Below are positions 32,885 to 40,685 of a DNA stretch of 64,000 nucleotides, piece after piece (the stretch's first letter is position 1; the number at the start of each line of letters is the position of its first letter). The notes under the pieces were generated by a model. The model searched no databases. It saw only the letters and a list, made by a program, of their open reading frames with translations, and was not told where the DNA came from. This DNA comes from Thermoanaerobaculia bacterium (GTDB lineage Bacteria; Acidobacteriota; Thermoanaerobaculia; UBA5066): contig CAWFJJ010000029.1 in NCBI GenBank assembly GCA_963816185.1, positions 352,001 to 416,000 of the forward strand, in the 5' to 3' direction. A program made the translations under genes and the position numbers.

Positions 32885-33340
32885 TTACGTCTCCGAGTGC
32901 TTCTCGTCGGCCACGCGGCGGCGGAGATGCGCATAGAGCGAGTCATAGAGAAAAGCCGCGCGAGCCAGAATCTCGACGTCATCCCGCGACACGTCCGTGA
33001 AGCCCTGGCTGATCGCCCAGAGGCCGGCGCACTCCGGCGCGACGCCGATCTCGCTCGGAAAGTCCGCCCCGTGGACGATCGTCGCAAGCGCCCGGAGAGC
33101 GCGGTCTGCCGCGATTCGCTCCTCGACGAGCTGTTCGAACGAGCAGCGCCCGTGCGCGTCGCGGTGTGGATAACGCGCACCCGGAGCGTCGAATCCGACC
33201 GCTCCCTCGCGCTCTTGGACGACGGCGACGTCTTCCGGCCGGACGAAGAGGATCTCCGCCTCGGGATCGAGGAACCGCCGGATGAGCCAGCCGGTAGCAG
33301 TCCGGTTCACGTGGATCCGCCTTCGCGTCACCCACTTCAC
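32885..33340 (-). CDS. Chromate-resistance ChrB C-terminal/ChrF-like protein
   Basis: MKWVTR, WLIRRF.DP.AE, FD.PGA and CSFE motifs. Divergent from the MFS-chrA pair. Confidence 0.85.
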   Translation of the reverse strand: MKWVTRRRIHVNRTATGWLIRRFLDPEAEILFVRPEDVAVVQEREGAVGFDAPGARYPHRDAHGRCSFEQLVEERIAADRALRALATIVHGADFPSEIGVAPECAGLWAISQGFTDVSRDDVEILARAAFLYDSLYAHLRRRVADEKHSET

Positions 33341-33363
33341 GGGGCCCTCCTCTACACATTCTA

Positions 33364-33390
33364 TATAGCAGCTGCGAGATTTTTGCTATA
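33364..33390. promoter_or_regulatory. Inverted repeat, putative operator in the chrB/MFS divergent promoter
   Basis: TATAGCA-N13-TGCTATA in an AT-rich 58-bp intergenic gap. Confidence 0.4.
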
Positions 33391-33398
33391 AGTGCGAT

Positions 33399-34604
33399 AT
33401 GGACGTTGCCTGGCTCCGGAGGCTGGGGCTCGAGCGCCGGGTCGGGGCGCTCGCGGCCGGCCTGTTCGTGTACGGCTTCGGGCAGGAGCTCTGGTTCCGA
33501 TACCTTCCGGAGTACCTGCGCGTGCTCGGCGCGTCCGCGTTCACGATCGGTGCGTTCGGGACGCTGAAAGACCTGCTCGACGCCACGTACGCGTATCCGG
33601 GAGGGGTCGTAAGCGACCGGCTCGGAAGCCGCGACGCGCTCCTCCTCTTCGGACTCCTCAGCGCCGCGGGCTTCGGCCTTTACGTCGCGTGGTCGTCCGT
33701 GCCGGCGCTCTTTTGCGGCCTCGTCCTCGTGATGGCGTGGCCGTCGCTCGGCCTGCCGGCGACGTTCGCTCTCATCGGCGAGGAGCTCCGCGGGGGACGC
33801 CGCATCGTGGGCTTCACGGTGCAGGCGGTCCTGAAGCGGGTGCCGATCGTCCTGGCGCCGCCGATCGGCGGCCTTCTCATTCAGCGGCTCGGGATGCGGA
33901 ACGGATTGCGCGCCGGATTCGCCGTCTCCGTCGTCCTCGCAGTCGGAATGCTCGTCGCCCTCCGCCGCGCGTTCCGCGAAGAGAAGCGCGCGGCCCGGCC
34001 GCGCGAAGCGGGCCCTCGGCCTGTCGTTCGCCTCCATCGCTCGCTGAAAAGGCTGCTGGTCGCCGACTGCCTCGTCCGACTGTGTGAGGGGCTGCCGGAC
34101 GTCTTCCTCGTCATCTGGGCGCTCGAGATCGTGAGGGTCACGCCAGTCCAATTCGGCCTCCTGACGTCGGTGCTGATGGGCACGGCGATCCTGTCTTACA
34201 TCCCCGCCGCGGCGCTCGCGGAGCGAGCCGAAAAGAAGAGGTTCGTCGTTCTTACGTACCTCTTCTTCACCCTCTTCCCCGTCGCCGTCGTCCTGTCGCG
34301 CTCGTTCCTCTCCCTCGTCCTCGCTTACGTCGTCGGCGGGCTGCGGGAGATCGGCGAGCCGGCTCGCAAGGCCCTCATCGTCGACCTTTCCGAACCGCTC
34401 CAGAGGGGGCGTACGGTGGGGCTCTACTATTCGATTCGCGGCTTCGCGGTGGCCGGGGCGGCCGCGGTCGGCGGCGCCCTCTGGACGATACGGCCCTCGC
34501 TGACGTTCGCGGTCGCCGCCGGGCTCGGAGCGCTCGGGACGCTCTTTTCGGCCGCTTTTCTCCCCTCGAGCTTCTCGAAGCATCCCGCAGAGGCGGCGCC
34601 GTGA
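33399..34604 (+). CDS. MFS transporter
   Basis: About 12 TM helices; motif A GGVVSDRLGSR; GEPARKALIVD. Confidence 0.9.
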   Translation: MDVAWLRRLGLERRVGALAAGLFVYGFGQELWFRYLPEYLRVLGASAFTIGAFGTLKDLLDATYAYPGGVVSDRLGSRDALLLFGLLSAAGFGLYVAWSSVPALFCGLVLVMAWPSLGLPATFALIGEELRGGRRIVGFTVQAVLKRVPIVLAPPIGGLLIQRLGMRNGLRAGFAVSVVLAVGMLVALRRAFREEKRAARPREAGPRPVVRLHRSLKRLLVADCLVRLCEGLPDVFLVIWALEIVRVTPVQFGLLTSVLMGTAILSYIPAAALAERAEKKRFVVLTYLFFTLFPVAVVLSRSFLSLVLAYVVGGLREIGEPARKALIVDLSEPLQRGRTVGLYYSIRGFAVAGAAAVGGALWTIRPSLTFAVAAGLGALGTLFSAAFLPSSFSKHPAEAAP

Positions 34605-35797
34605 CGGATCGCGAGGACTCGCGCGAGAGAAGACCCTCGTTGGCGCAAATGGCCCTCTACTTCCTGCGCCTCGGCGCGCTCGGCTTCGGCGGCCCGGTGG
34701 CTCTCGCGAACATGATGCGGAAGGACCTCGCCGAGGAGCGGCATTGGCTGGCCGAGCAGGAATACGAGGACGGCCTCGCCATCGCGGCCGCGTGTCCCGG
34801 CCCTCTTGCGTATCAGCTCGGGGTCTACTGCGGATACATCCGCCACGGAGTCGCCGGCGGCCTCGCGGTCGCCGTCTCGTTCTCCCTTGCGCCGTTTGCT
34901 CTCGTCGTGGCGGCCGCGTGGGCGTACACGCGCTTCTCGGCCACCTGGCAGCTCCGCGCGCTGTTCTACGGCGTGGCGCCTGTCGTCCTCGCCCTGATTC
35001 TGAAAGCTTGCTTCCGCCTGGGGAAGAAGACGCTCCGAAAGGATTTGCCCGCGTGGGTCGTCGCCGTCCTCGCCTGCGCGATCACAGCCGTCGTTCAAAA
35101 GGAGCTGACCGCGATCTTCCTCGTCGCCGGTGCGCTGGGCCTTTTTGTCTTTGCGTCTCCGGCGACGCCCGCGCCTGGTCTCGACGTCGCGCCGCCGCCG
35201 GCGCCGGGCCGGGCAGCCGCGCTCGCCGCGCTGGGCAGCGCCGGCGGCGCGATGACGTCGAAGCTCTTTCTCTTCTTCTTCAAGACGGGTCTTCTGGTTT
35301 TCGGCAGCGGCCTCGTGATCGTGCCGTTTCTGAAGACGTACGTCGTGGATCAGTACCGCTGGCTCTCGGACCGCGCTTTCCTCGACTCGGTCGCGATCGG
35401 CATGATCTCGCCCGGTCCGGTCGTCATCACGGCGACGTTTGTCGGCTACCTCCTCGCCGGCTTTCCGGGCGCGCTGGCCGCGACGCTGGGTATCTTCTCG
35501 CCGGCGGTCCTCTTCACCGTCGTCGCAACGCCTCTGTTTCTCCGCTACCGGCGCAACCGGCGGCTCGCCGGGTTCATCCGGGGCATCACGGTCGCGGTCG
35601 TCGGCGTCCTCGTCGGTACGACGTGGCTCGTCGGCAGGACCGCGATCGGAGATGTCCTCACCGGCGTCGTAGGAGCCCTCTCGCTCGCGCTCCTCGTCCT
35701 GTTTCCGAAGCTCCCCGAGCCCGTGCTCGTCCTCGCCGGCGCGCTCGTCGGCTTCGCGGCCTATCCGCTCCTCGGTCCCGCCTGGGTCCTGCGCTGA
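34601..35797 (+). CDS. chrA: Chromate efflux transporter (long-chain CHR family)
   Basis: Two CHR repeats, GALGFGGP...PGP and GLLVFGSG...SPGP. Confidence 0.92.
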   Translation: MTDREDSRERRPSLAQMALYFLRLGALGFGGPVALANMMRKDLAEERHWLAEQEYEDGLAIAAACPGPLAYQLGVYCGYIRHGVAGGLAVAVSFSLAPFALVVAAAWAYTRFSATWQLRALFYGVAPVVLALILKACFRLGKKTLRKDLPAWVVAVLACAITAVVQKELTAIFLVAGALGLFVFASPATPAPGLDVAPPPAPGRAAALAALGSAGGAMTSKLFLFFFKTGLLVFGSGLVIVPFLKTYVVDQYRWLSDRAFLDSVAIGMISPGPVVITATFVGYLLAGFPGALAATLGIFSPAVLFTVVATPLFLRYRRNRRLAGFIRGITVAVVGVLVGTTWLVGRTAIGDVLTGVVGALSLALLVLFPKLPEPVLVLAGALVGFAAYPLLGPAWVLR

Positions 35798-35916
35798 GGC
35801 GATCGTGAAAAGCCCGCTCCGATGAGCCCGACACGGTGGAGGCCGAGCGGGAGTAGGATCCACCCGGGGTGAGAGCCATTCTCACCGCGATTTCGCTTCA
35901 TCCAAAAGGAGGATCC

Positions 35917-36285
35917 GTGAGGAAACTTGCCGCCGCGCTTTCCGTCGTCGCCGTCGTCGCGCTCGTCATCGTCATAGCCCCGACCGCCGCCGCCGCCGAG
36001 CAAACCTGGAAGGACGTGACCGTCATCGACCACATGTGCTTCGCCAAGATGAAGGACACGCCCGAGAAGCACACCAAGGCGTGCCTCCAGAAGTGCGAGA
36101 GCTCGGGCTACGGCGTCATCACGGGAGAGGGGAAGGACAAGAAGTTCGTGAAGTTCGACTCGAAGGGAAACGACCTCACCGTCGAAGCCCTCAAGGCGAC
36201 GACGAAGACCGTCGGCCTCAAGGCGACCGTCGTCGGCGAGATGTCCGACGGCATGATCAAGGTCAAGTCGATCACGTTCGACTGA
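35917..36285 (+). CDS. Small secreted protein with a Cys/His cluster, function unknown
   Basis: AAAGGAGG RBS, GTG start, signal peptide ending AAA, and DHMC...HTKACLQKC. Confidence 0.8.
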   Translation: MRKLAAALSVVAVVALVIVIAPTAAAAEQTWKDVTVIDHMCFAKMKDTPEKHTKACLQKCESSGYGVITGEGKDKKFVKFDSKGNDLTVEALKATTKTVGLKATVVGEMSDGMIKVKSITFD

Positions 36286-36314
36286 GCGGATCGCACTCTT
36301 CCGCCCGAACGAGG

Positions 36315-36350
36315 CGGCCCGCCGTCCACGAGGACCGCGGGCCGTTGTGT
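36315..36350 (+). terminator. Putative terminator hairpin
   Basis: CGGCCCGC...GCGGGCCG stem followed by TTGTGT, 30 nt after the stop at 36285. Confidence 0.45.
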
Positions 36351-36434
36351 CCGCCGGCTACGGAAGGAATCGCTGCACGCCCGCCCGCCACATGTCGCCT
36401 CCATGTCCGGACACGGACAAGAAGCGGACAGCCG

Positions 36435-36470
36435 AAAGAAAAACGGGCTAGCCCTGTGAGCTAACCCGTT
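36435..36470 (-). terminator. Intrinsic terminator of the tRNA gene
   Basis: Minus strand ACGGGTTAGC-TCACAGG-GCTAGCCCGT stem-loop (one G-U pair) followed by TTTTCTTT. Confidence 0.75.
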
Positions 36471-36478
36471 GATTCTTA

Positions 36479-36555
<77 letters not shown>

Positions 36556-36566
36556 TCAGAAGGAGG

Positions 36567-36595
36567 AACATAACGGGACGGCCCCGAGGAGTCAA
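36567..36595 (-). promoter_or_regulatory. Sigma70-type promoter of the tRNA
   Basis: TTGACT-N17-TATGTT, ending 11 nt upstream of the tRNA 5' end. Confidence 0.7.
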
Positions 36596-36635
36596 GCCGA
36601 CGTTCTCGCTGTTAACCTCCGGCGGCGGAGGCAGT

Positions 36636-37097
36636 ATGACTCTCTTTTCGTCAACGTCGCTCGAGCCCGGCATGGCCGCACCCGATTTCACGCTCCCCGA
36701 CCAGCACGGAAAGAAGGTGCGCCTTTCGGACTTTCGCGGAAAGCGCGTCGTCCTCTACTTCTTCCCGAAGGCCGACACCCCCGGTTGAACGATCGAGGCG
36801 AAGGCCTTCCGGGACGAAGGCCCGAAGCTCCAGAAGGACGTGGCCGTCGTGGGCGTGTCGAAGGACACGATCGAGGCGCAGGAGAAGTTCGCGAAGAAGA
36901 ATGAGCTGACGTTTCCCCTTCTCGCTGATTCCAAGGGCGAAGTGATCCGCCGCTACGGCGTGGACCTCGCGTTCGGCATCGCGAAGAGAAAGACGTTCCT
37001 CATCGACTCGAAAGGGAAGATCGCGAAAATCTACGAGTCGGTCTCGCCGAAGACGCACGCGGCCGAGGTCGCCGAGGCGTTGAAGTCCGTCGGCTGA
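36636..37097 (+). CDS. bcp: Bcp/PrxQ peroxiredoxin, probable selenoprotein (Sec at codon 51)
   Basis: GGAGG RBS. Reads APDFTLPDQHG..VVLYFFPKADTPG-[TGA 36786-36788]-TIEAKAFRD..VVGVSKD..RKTFLID..GKI in a single frame. The TGA sits at the peroxidatic Cys position of PxxxT/SxxC. Confidence 0.85.
36795..36830 (+). promoter_or_regulatory. Bacterial SECIS-like hairpin
   Basis: Perfect 7-bp stem GGCCTTC (36803-36809) / GAAGGCC (36816-36822) with loop CGGGAC, starting 14 nt after the UGA; possible lower GAG/CTC pairing. Confidence 0.65.
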
Positions 37098-37161
37098 CGC
37101 ACGGCGGCGCCAGGGAGGTCGTCGACCTCCTCAGGAAAGCTCGCTTCTCAGGGACTCGTTC

Positions 37162-37205
37162 CGACAATAATGTCGTGAGCTATGTTCCATTCCACAATTC
37201 CGTAG
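37162..37205. promoter_or_regulatory. Tandem palindromic upstream activator sites for the amtB promoter
   Basis: CGACA-ATAA-TGTCG (37162-37175, perfect arms) and CCACA-ATTC-CGTAG (37192-37205), 30 bp apart. Confidence 0.6.
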
Positions 37206-37294
37206 CCTGAAAGGCTGGGTGAATTTCCTTCCGCGCCGACCACTAGTCCAACGACTGGAATGACTTCCGCGGCCTTCCGGCGTTGGAGTCGGGG

Positions 37295-37310
37295 CGGCAC
37301 GCGCCGTGCG
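37295..37310 (+). promoter_or_regulatory. Sigma54 (-24/-12) promoter of amtB-glnK
   Basis: CGGCACGCGCCGTGCG, GG-N10-GC, ending 26 nt before the amtB ATG. Confidence 0.7.
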
Positions 37311-37336
37311 AAAGGCCCGCAACGGAGGTTGACTGT

Positions 37337-38932
37337 ATGGCCAAGAAGAAGCCCGTTTTCTTTCTCGTGCTGGCCGGATTGCTCCTCGTGTCGTGGGCGC
37401 TCCTCGCGGACGCGACCGGCGACAAGACGGGCGGAATCGCGAACGTGCCCGCGCAGGTTCCGGGAAAGCCCACGCTCGAAGAGATCGGAGCGGCTGTCGG
37501 CCAGACGCGCGTGTCGCTCAACTTCGTCTGGACGCTCGTCGCGGGCTTCCTCGTTATGTTCATGCAGGCGGGCTTCGCGCTCGCGGAGACCGGCTTCACG
37601 AGGGCCCGGAACGCGGCCCACACCATGATGATGAACTTCATGGTCTACGCGCTCGGGATCCTGGGGTTCTGGGTGTGCGGGTTCGCGCTGCAGATGGGCG
37701 GGTCCGGCGCGCCGATGGGGGCCGCCGTGAGCGTTCCGGAGACGATGACGAGGCTCATCGGACCATCCATCGGCGGAAATGTCTGGGGGCTCTTCGGCGG
37801 CACGGGATTCTTCCTCTCGGGCGTCTCCTATGACGTCGCCGCGTTCGCCATCTTTCTCTTCCAGATGGTCTTCATGGACACCGCACTCACGATCCCGACG
37901 GGCTCGATGGCCGAGCGGTGGAAGCTTTCGGCCTTCGTCATCTACGGGCTCGTCGTGTCGGCCGTCGTCTACCCCCTCTTCGCCTGCTGGGCCTGGGGCG
38001 GCGGCTGGCTCTCGACGCTCGGCAAGTACGTGGGCCTGGGACACGGGTACGTCGACTTCGCGGGCTCCGGCGTCGTGCACCTGACCGGCGGCGTCATGGC
38101 GCTGGTCGGCGCGGTCGTCCTCGGCCCGCGCATCGGCAAGTACGTGAAGGGCGAGGCGCAGGCGATTCCTGGCCACAACCTTCCGATGGCCGTCCTCGGA
38201 TGTTTCATCCTGGCCTTCGGCTGGTTCGGCTTCAACGCGGGTTCGACGCTCTCGGGCACCGACCTGAGGATCTCCGTCGTCGCGGTGAACACGATGCTCG
38301 CGTCCGCCTCGGGCGCCTTTGTCGCATTTCTCTACACGTGGAAGAAGTTCAGCCGTCCCGATCTCTCGATGGCCGTCAACGGCATGCTCGCGGGCCTCGT
38401 CGCGATCACGGCGCCGTGCGCCTTCGTGAACGCTCCGATTGCGGTCCTCATCGGCGCGGTGTCCGGCGTCCTCGTGGTCGCGGCCGCGCTCTTCATCGAG
38501 AACAAGCTCAAGATCGACGACCCGGTCGGCGCGATCGCCGTGCACGGGGTGAACGGCGCCTGGGGACTCATCGCGCTCGGCCTGTTCGCGGATGGCACGT
38601 ACGGCGGCGGCCTGAACGGCGGCCCGGCGGCCGGCGTCGCGGGCCTCTTCTACGGAGACCCAAGACAGCTCGTGGCGCAGTTCGTCGGGATCGGCGCGAA
38701 CCTCCTCTGGGTAGGGGGCTCGAGCTTCGCGCTCTTCAAGATCATCGACCTGACGCTCGGGATGCGCGTGAGGCCGGAGCAGGAGATGCAGGGCCTGGAT
38801 TTCAACGAGGTCTCGGCGCCCGCGTATCCGGGCGAGGGCTCGCCCGTCCACTTCCCCGTTTTCGCGAGCGTGCCCGCGAAGGTGGCTTCGCCGCTGCTCG
38901 TCGCGCAGGCCTCGCCGGCCGGCGGAAAGTGA
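37337..38932 (+). CDS. amtB: Ammonium transporter
   Basis: FMQAGFA, FQMVF, AERWK, DFAGSGVVH, GWFGFNAGS and DDPVGAIAVHG (both pore His residues kept); GGAGG RBS. Confidence 0.97.
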   Translation: MAKKKPVFFLVLAGLLLVSWALLADATGDKTGGIANVPAQVPGKPTLEEIGAAVGQTRVSLNFVWTLVAGFLVMFMQAGFALAETGFTRARNAAHTMMMNFMVYALGILGFWVCGFALQMGGSGAPMGAAVSVPETMTRLIGPSIGGNVWGLFGGTGFFLSGVSYDVAAFAIFLFQMVFMDTALTIPTGSMAERWKLSAFVIYGLVVSAVVYPLFACWAWGGGWLSTLGKYVGLGHGYVDFAGSGVVHLTGGVMALVGAVVLGPRIGKYVKGEAQAIPGHNLPMAVLGCFILAFGWFGFNAGSTLSGTDLRISVVAVNTMLASASGAFVAFLYTWKKFSRPDLSMAVNGMLAGLVAITAPCAFVNAPIAVLIGAVSGVLVVAAALFIENKLKIDDPVGAIAVHGVNGAWGLIALGLFADGTYGGGLNGGPAAGVAGLFYGDPRQLVAQFVGIGANLLWVGGSSFALFKIIDLTLGMRVRPEQEMQGLDFNEVSAPAYPGEGSPVHFPVFASVPAKVASPLLVAQASPAGGK

Positions 38933-38948
38933 AAGGAGCGACGTTCCC

Positions 38949-39314
38949 ATGAAAATGATCACCGCCATCATCCGGCCGGAGAAGCTGGACGACGTGAAGG
39001 CCGCCCTTTTCGCGGCCGAGGTCGAGGGGCTCACGATCACGCGGGTTTCCGGCCACGGAGGAGAAAAGACGGTCCTGGAGAGCTATCGGGGGCATCCGCT
39101 CGTTTACGAATTCCACGACAAGGTCCGGCTCGACATCGGCGTCTCGGAACCGTTCGTCGACGTGACCATCGAGGCGATCGTCAAAGCGGGCAAGACCGGA
39201 CAGGTGGGCGACGGAAAGATCTTCGTCATGCCCATCGAGAAGGTCGTGAGGATCAGGACGGGCGAGCTCGACCGGGAGGCCGTGACGCCCGTCCAGATGC
39301 TCCATAAGAAGTAG
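38949..39314 (+). CDS. glnK: P-II nitrogen regulatory protein
   Basis: AIIRP.KL, YRG, TGQVGDGKIF and RIRTGE motifs; adjacent to amtB. Confidence 0.93.
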   Translation: MKMITAIIRPEKLDDVKAALFAAEVEGLTITRVSGHGGEKTVLESYRGHPLVYEFHDKVRLDIGVSEPFVDVTIEAIVKAGKTGQVGDGKIFVMPIEKVVRIRTGELDREAVTPVQMLHKK

Positions 39315-39340
39315 CCGAAAAAAAATAGAGACGCGCAGCG

Positions 39341-39363
39341 GGGCTCCTCCTCGCGAGGAGCCC
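39341..39363 (+). terminator. Hairpin between glnK and the porin gene (possible attenuator or stabiliser)
   Basis: GGGCTCCTC-CTCGC-GAGGAGCCC 9-bp stem with no strong U-tract. Confidence 0.4.
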
Positions 39364-39384
39364 TCTGTGAAAGGAGTTCCCGAG

Positions 39385-40575
39385 ATGACCCGACTTCGCC
39401 GGGCCCGTGTCCCGTGTCGTTTCCGCGCCGTCGCGCTCGCCTTCACCTTGACCGCCGCGCTCGGCGCCGCGCCTCCGACACTCGGTCAGCCCGCCCCCAC
39501 GCCGACGCCCGGCGCCGCGCCGGCGCCAAGCCCTGCGTCGCCGGCCGCCGCAAAACCCTGGTACGAGGAGATCGCGGTCAACGGCTTCGTCTCCACGAGC
39601 TATTCCTACAATTTCAACCGGCCGGACTCCGGGACGAATCAGCTTCGGGTCTTCGACTTCGACGACAACACGTTCAAGGTGGACGTCGCCGAGATCGTCC
39701 TCCAGAAGGCGATCGTCAAGCCGGGCGAGGCCGGTTTTCGCATCGACCTCGTGGCCGGTTCGTCGATCCCGCGCGTCTCGTCGTCGGTCGGCCTTCTTCA
39801 GGGCCAGGACATCGACCTCCAACAGGCCTTCGTGAGCTGGATCGCGCCGCTCGGAGACGGCCTCCGGCTCGACGCGGGGAAATTCGTCACGCACTTCGGG
39901 TACGAGGTGATCGAGGGATATGACGGCTACAACGACAACGCGAGCCGGTCGTTTCTCTTCGGCTTCACCATTCCCTTCGCGCACACCGGTCTGAAGGCGT
40001 CGTACACGTTCAGCGACCAGATCGCCGGGATGTTCGAGATCTGCAACGGCTGGGACGTCGCACGGGACAACAACAGCTCGAAGAGCATCGGCCTGCAGCT
40101 CACGTGGACGCCGTCGAAGACGGTGACGGTCTACGGAAATTTCATGACGGGTCCCGAGCGGGCGGACGTCAACTCCGATCCGCGGAACCTCTTCAACGTC
40201 GTCGCGCAGTGGAAGCTCACCGACCTGACCATCTTCGCGCTCGACGCCGTCTACGGCAGCGAGAAGGGAGCGGTGGCGCCAGGTCAAACCGCCACGTGGT
40301 CGGGAATTGCCGGCTACGCACGCTTCGGCGTCAGCGACGCCTTTGCGCTCTGTCTGAGGGCCGAATACTTCGACGACTCGGACGGCGCCCGGACGGGCAC
40401 CGTTCAGAAGCTCAAGGAGCTGACCCTCACCCCCGAGGTCAAGGTGACGTCCCACCTGATCCTCCGGGGCGATCTACGCGTCGACTGGTCCGACGCCGAC
40501 GTCTTCAGCAAGAAAGACGGCGTCTTCAAGGGCAACCAGCCGACGATCCTCCTGAACGCGATTTACGTGTTCTAG
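39385..40575 (+). CDS. Outer-membrane beta-barrel porin (OmpL-like/BBP2 type)
   Basis: Signal peptide and Pro-rich linker; LQQAFV, DAGKFVTHFGYE, N.N.SRSFLF and PFAHTG motifs; terminal YVF barrel signature. Confidence 0.85.
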   Translation: MTRLRRARVPCRFRAVALAFTLTAALGAAPPTLGQPAPTPTPGAAPAPSPASPAAAKPWYEEIAVNGFVSTSYSYNFNRPDSGTNQLRVFDFDDNTFKVDVAEIVLQKAIVKPGEAGFRIDLVAGSSIPRVSSSVGLLQGQDIDLQQAFVSWIAPLGDGLRLDAGKFVTHFGYEVIEGYDGYNDNASRSFLFGFTIPFAHTGLKASYTFSDQIAGMFEICNGWDVARDNNSSKSIGLQLTWTPSKTVTVYGNFMTGPERADVNSDPRNLFNVVAQWKLTDLTIFALDAVYGSEKGAVAPGQTATWSGIAGYARFGVSDAFALCLRAEYFDDSDGARTGTVQKLKELTLTPEVKVTSHLILRGDLRVDWSDADVFSKKDGVFKGNQPTILLNAIYVF

Positions 40576-40632
40576 CCCGCAAGCCGCTGCGCGGCCGCCG
40601 GAGTAATCTCATTTTTCGCTGCCTGACCCGTT

Positions 40633-40676
40633 CGACATTTCTGTTTCCCATGGCATCCGTTCCGACATTCCTGTAG
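40633..40676. promoter_or_regulatory. Tandem copies of the amtB-type motif upstream of the NifA-like gene (autoregulatory site)
   Basis: CGACA-TTTC-TGTTT (40633-40646) and CGACA-TTCC-TGTAG (40663-40676), again 30 bp apart. Confidence 0.55.
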
Positions 40677-40685
40677 GATCGCGGA

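Noticed and set aside
35798-35916. Fluoride or other known riboswitch downstream of chrA
   Set aside because: Stems are present, but I could not match the conserved core nucleotides of any riboswitch class I know.
32885-36478. Possible genomic island integrated at the tRNA-fMet 3' end (chr genes; short CGGACA repeats at about 36408-36430)
   Set aside because: I saw no integrase and no duplicated tRNA 3' end. The adjacent hairpin is explained as the tRNA terminator.
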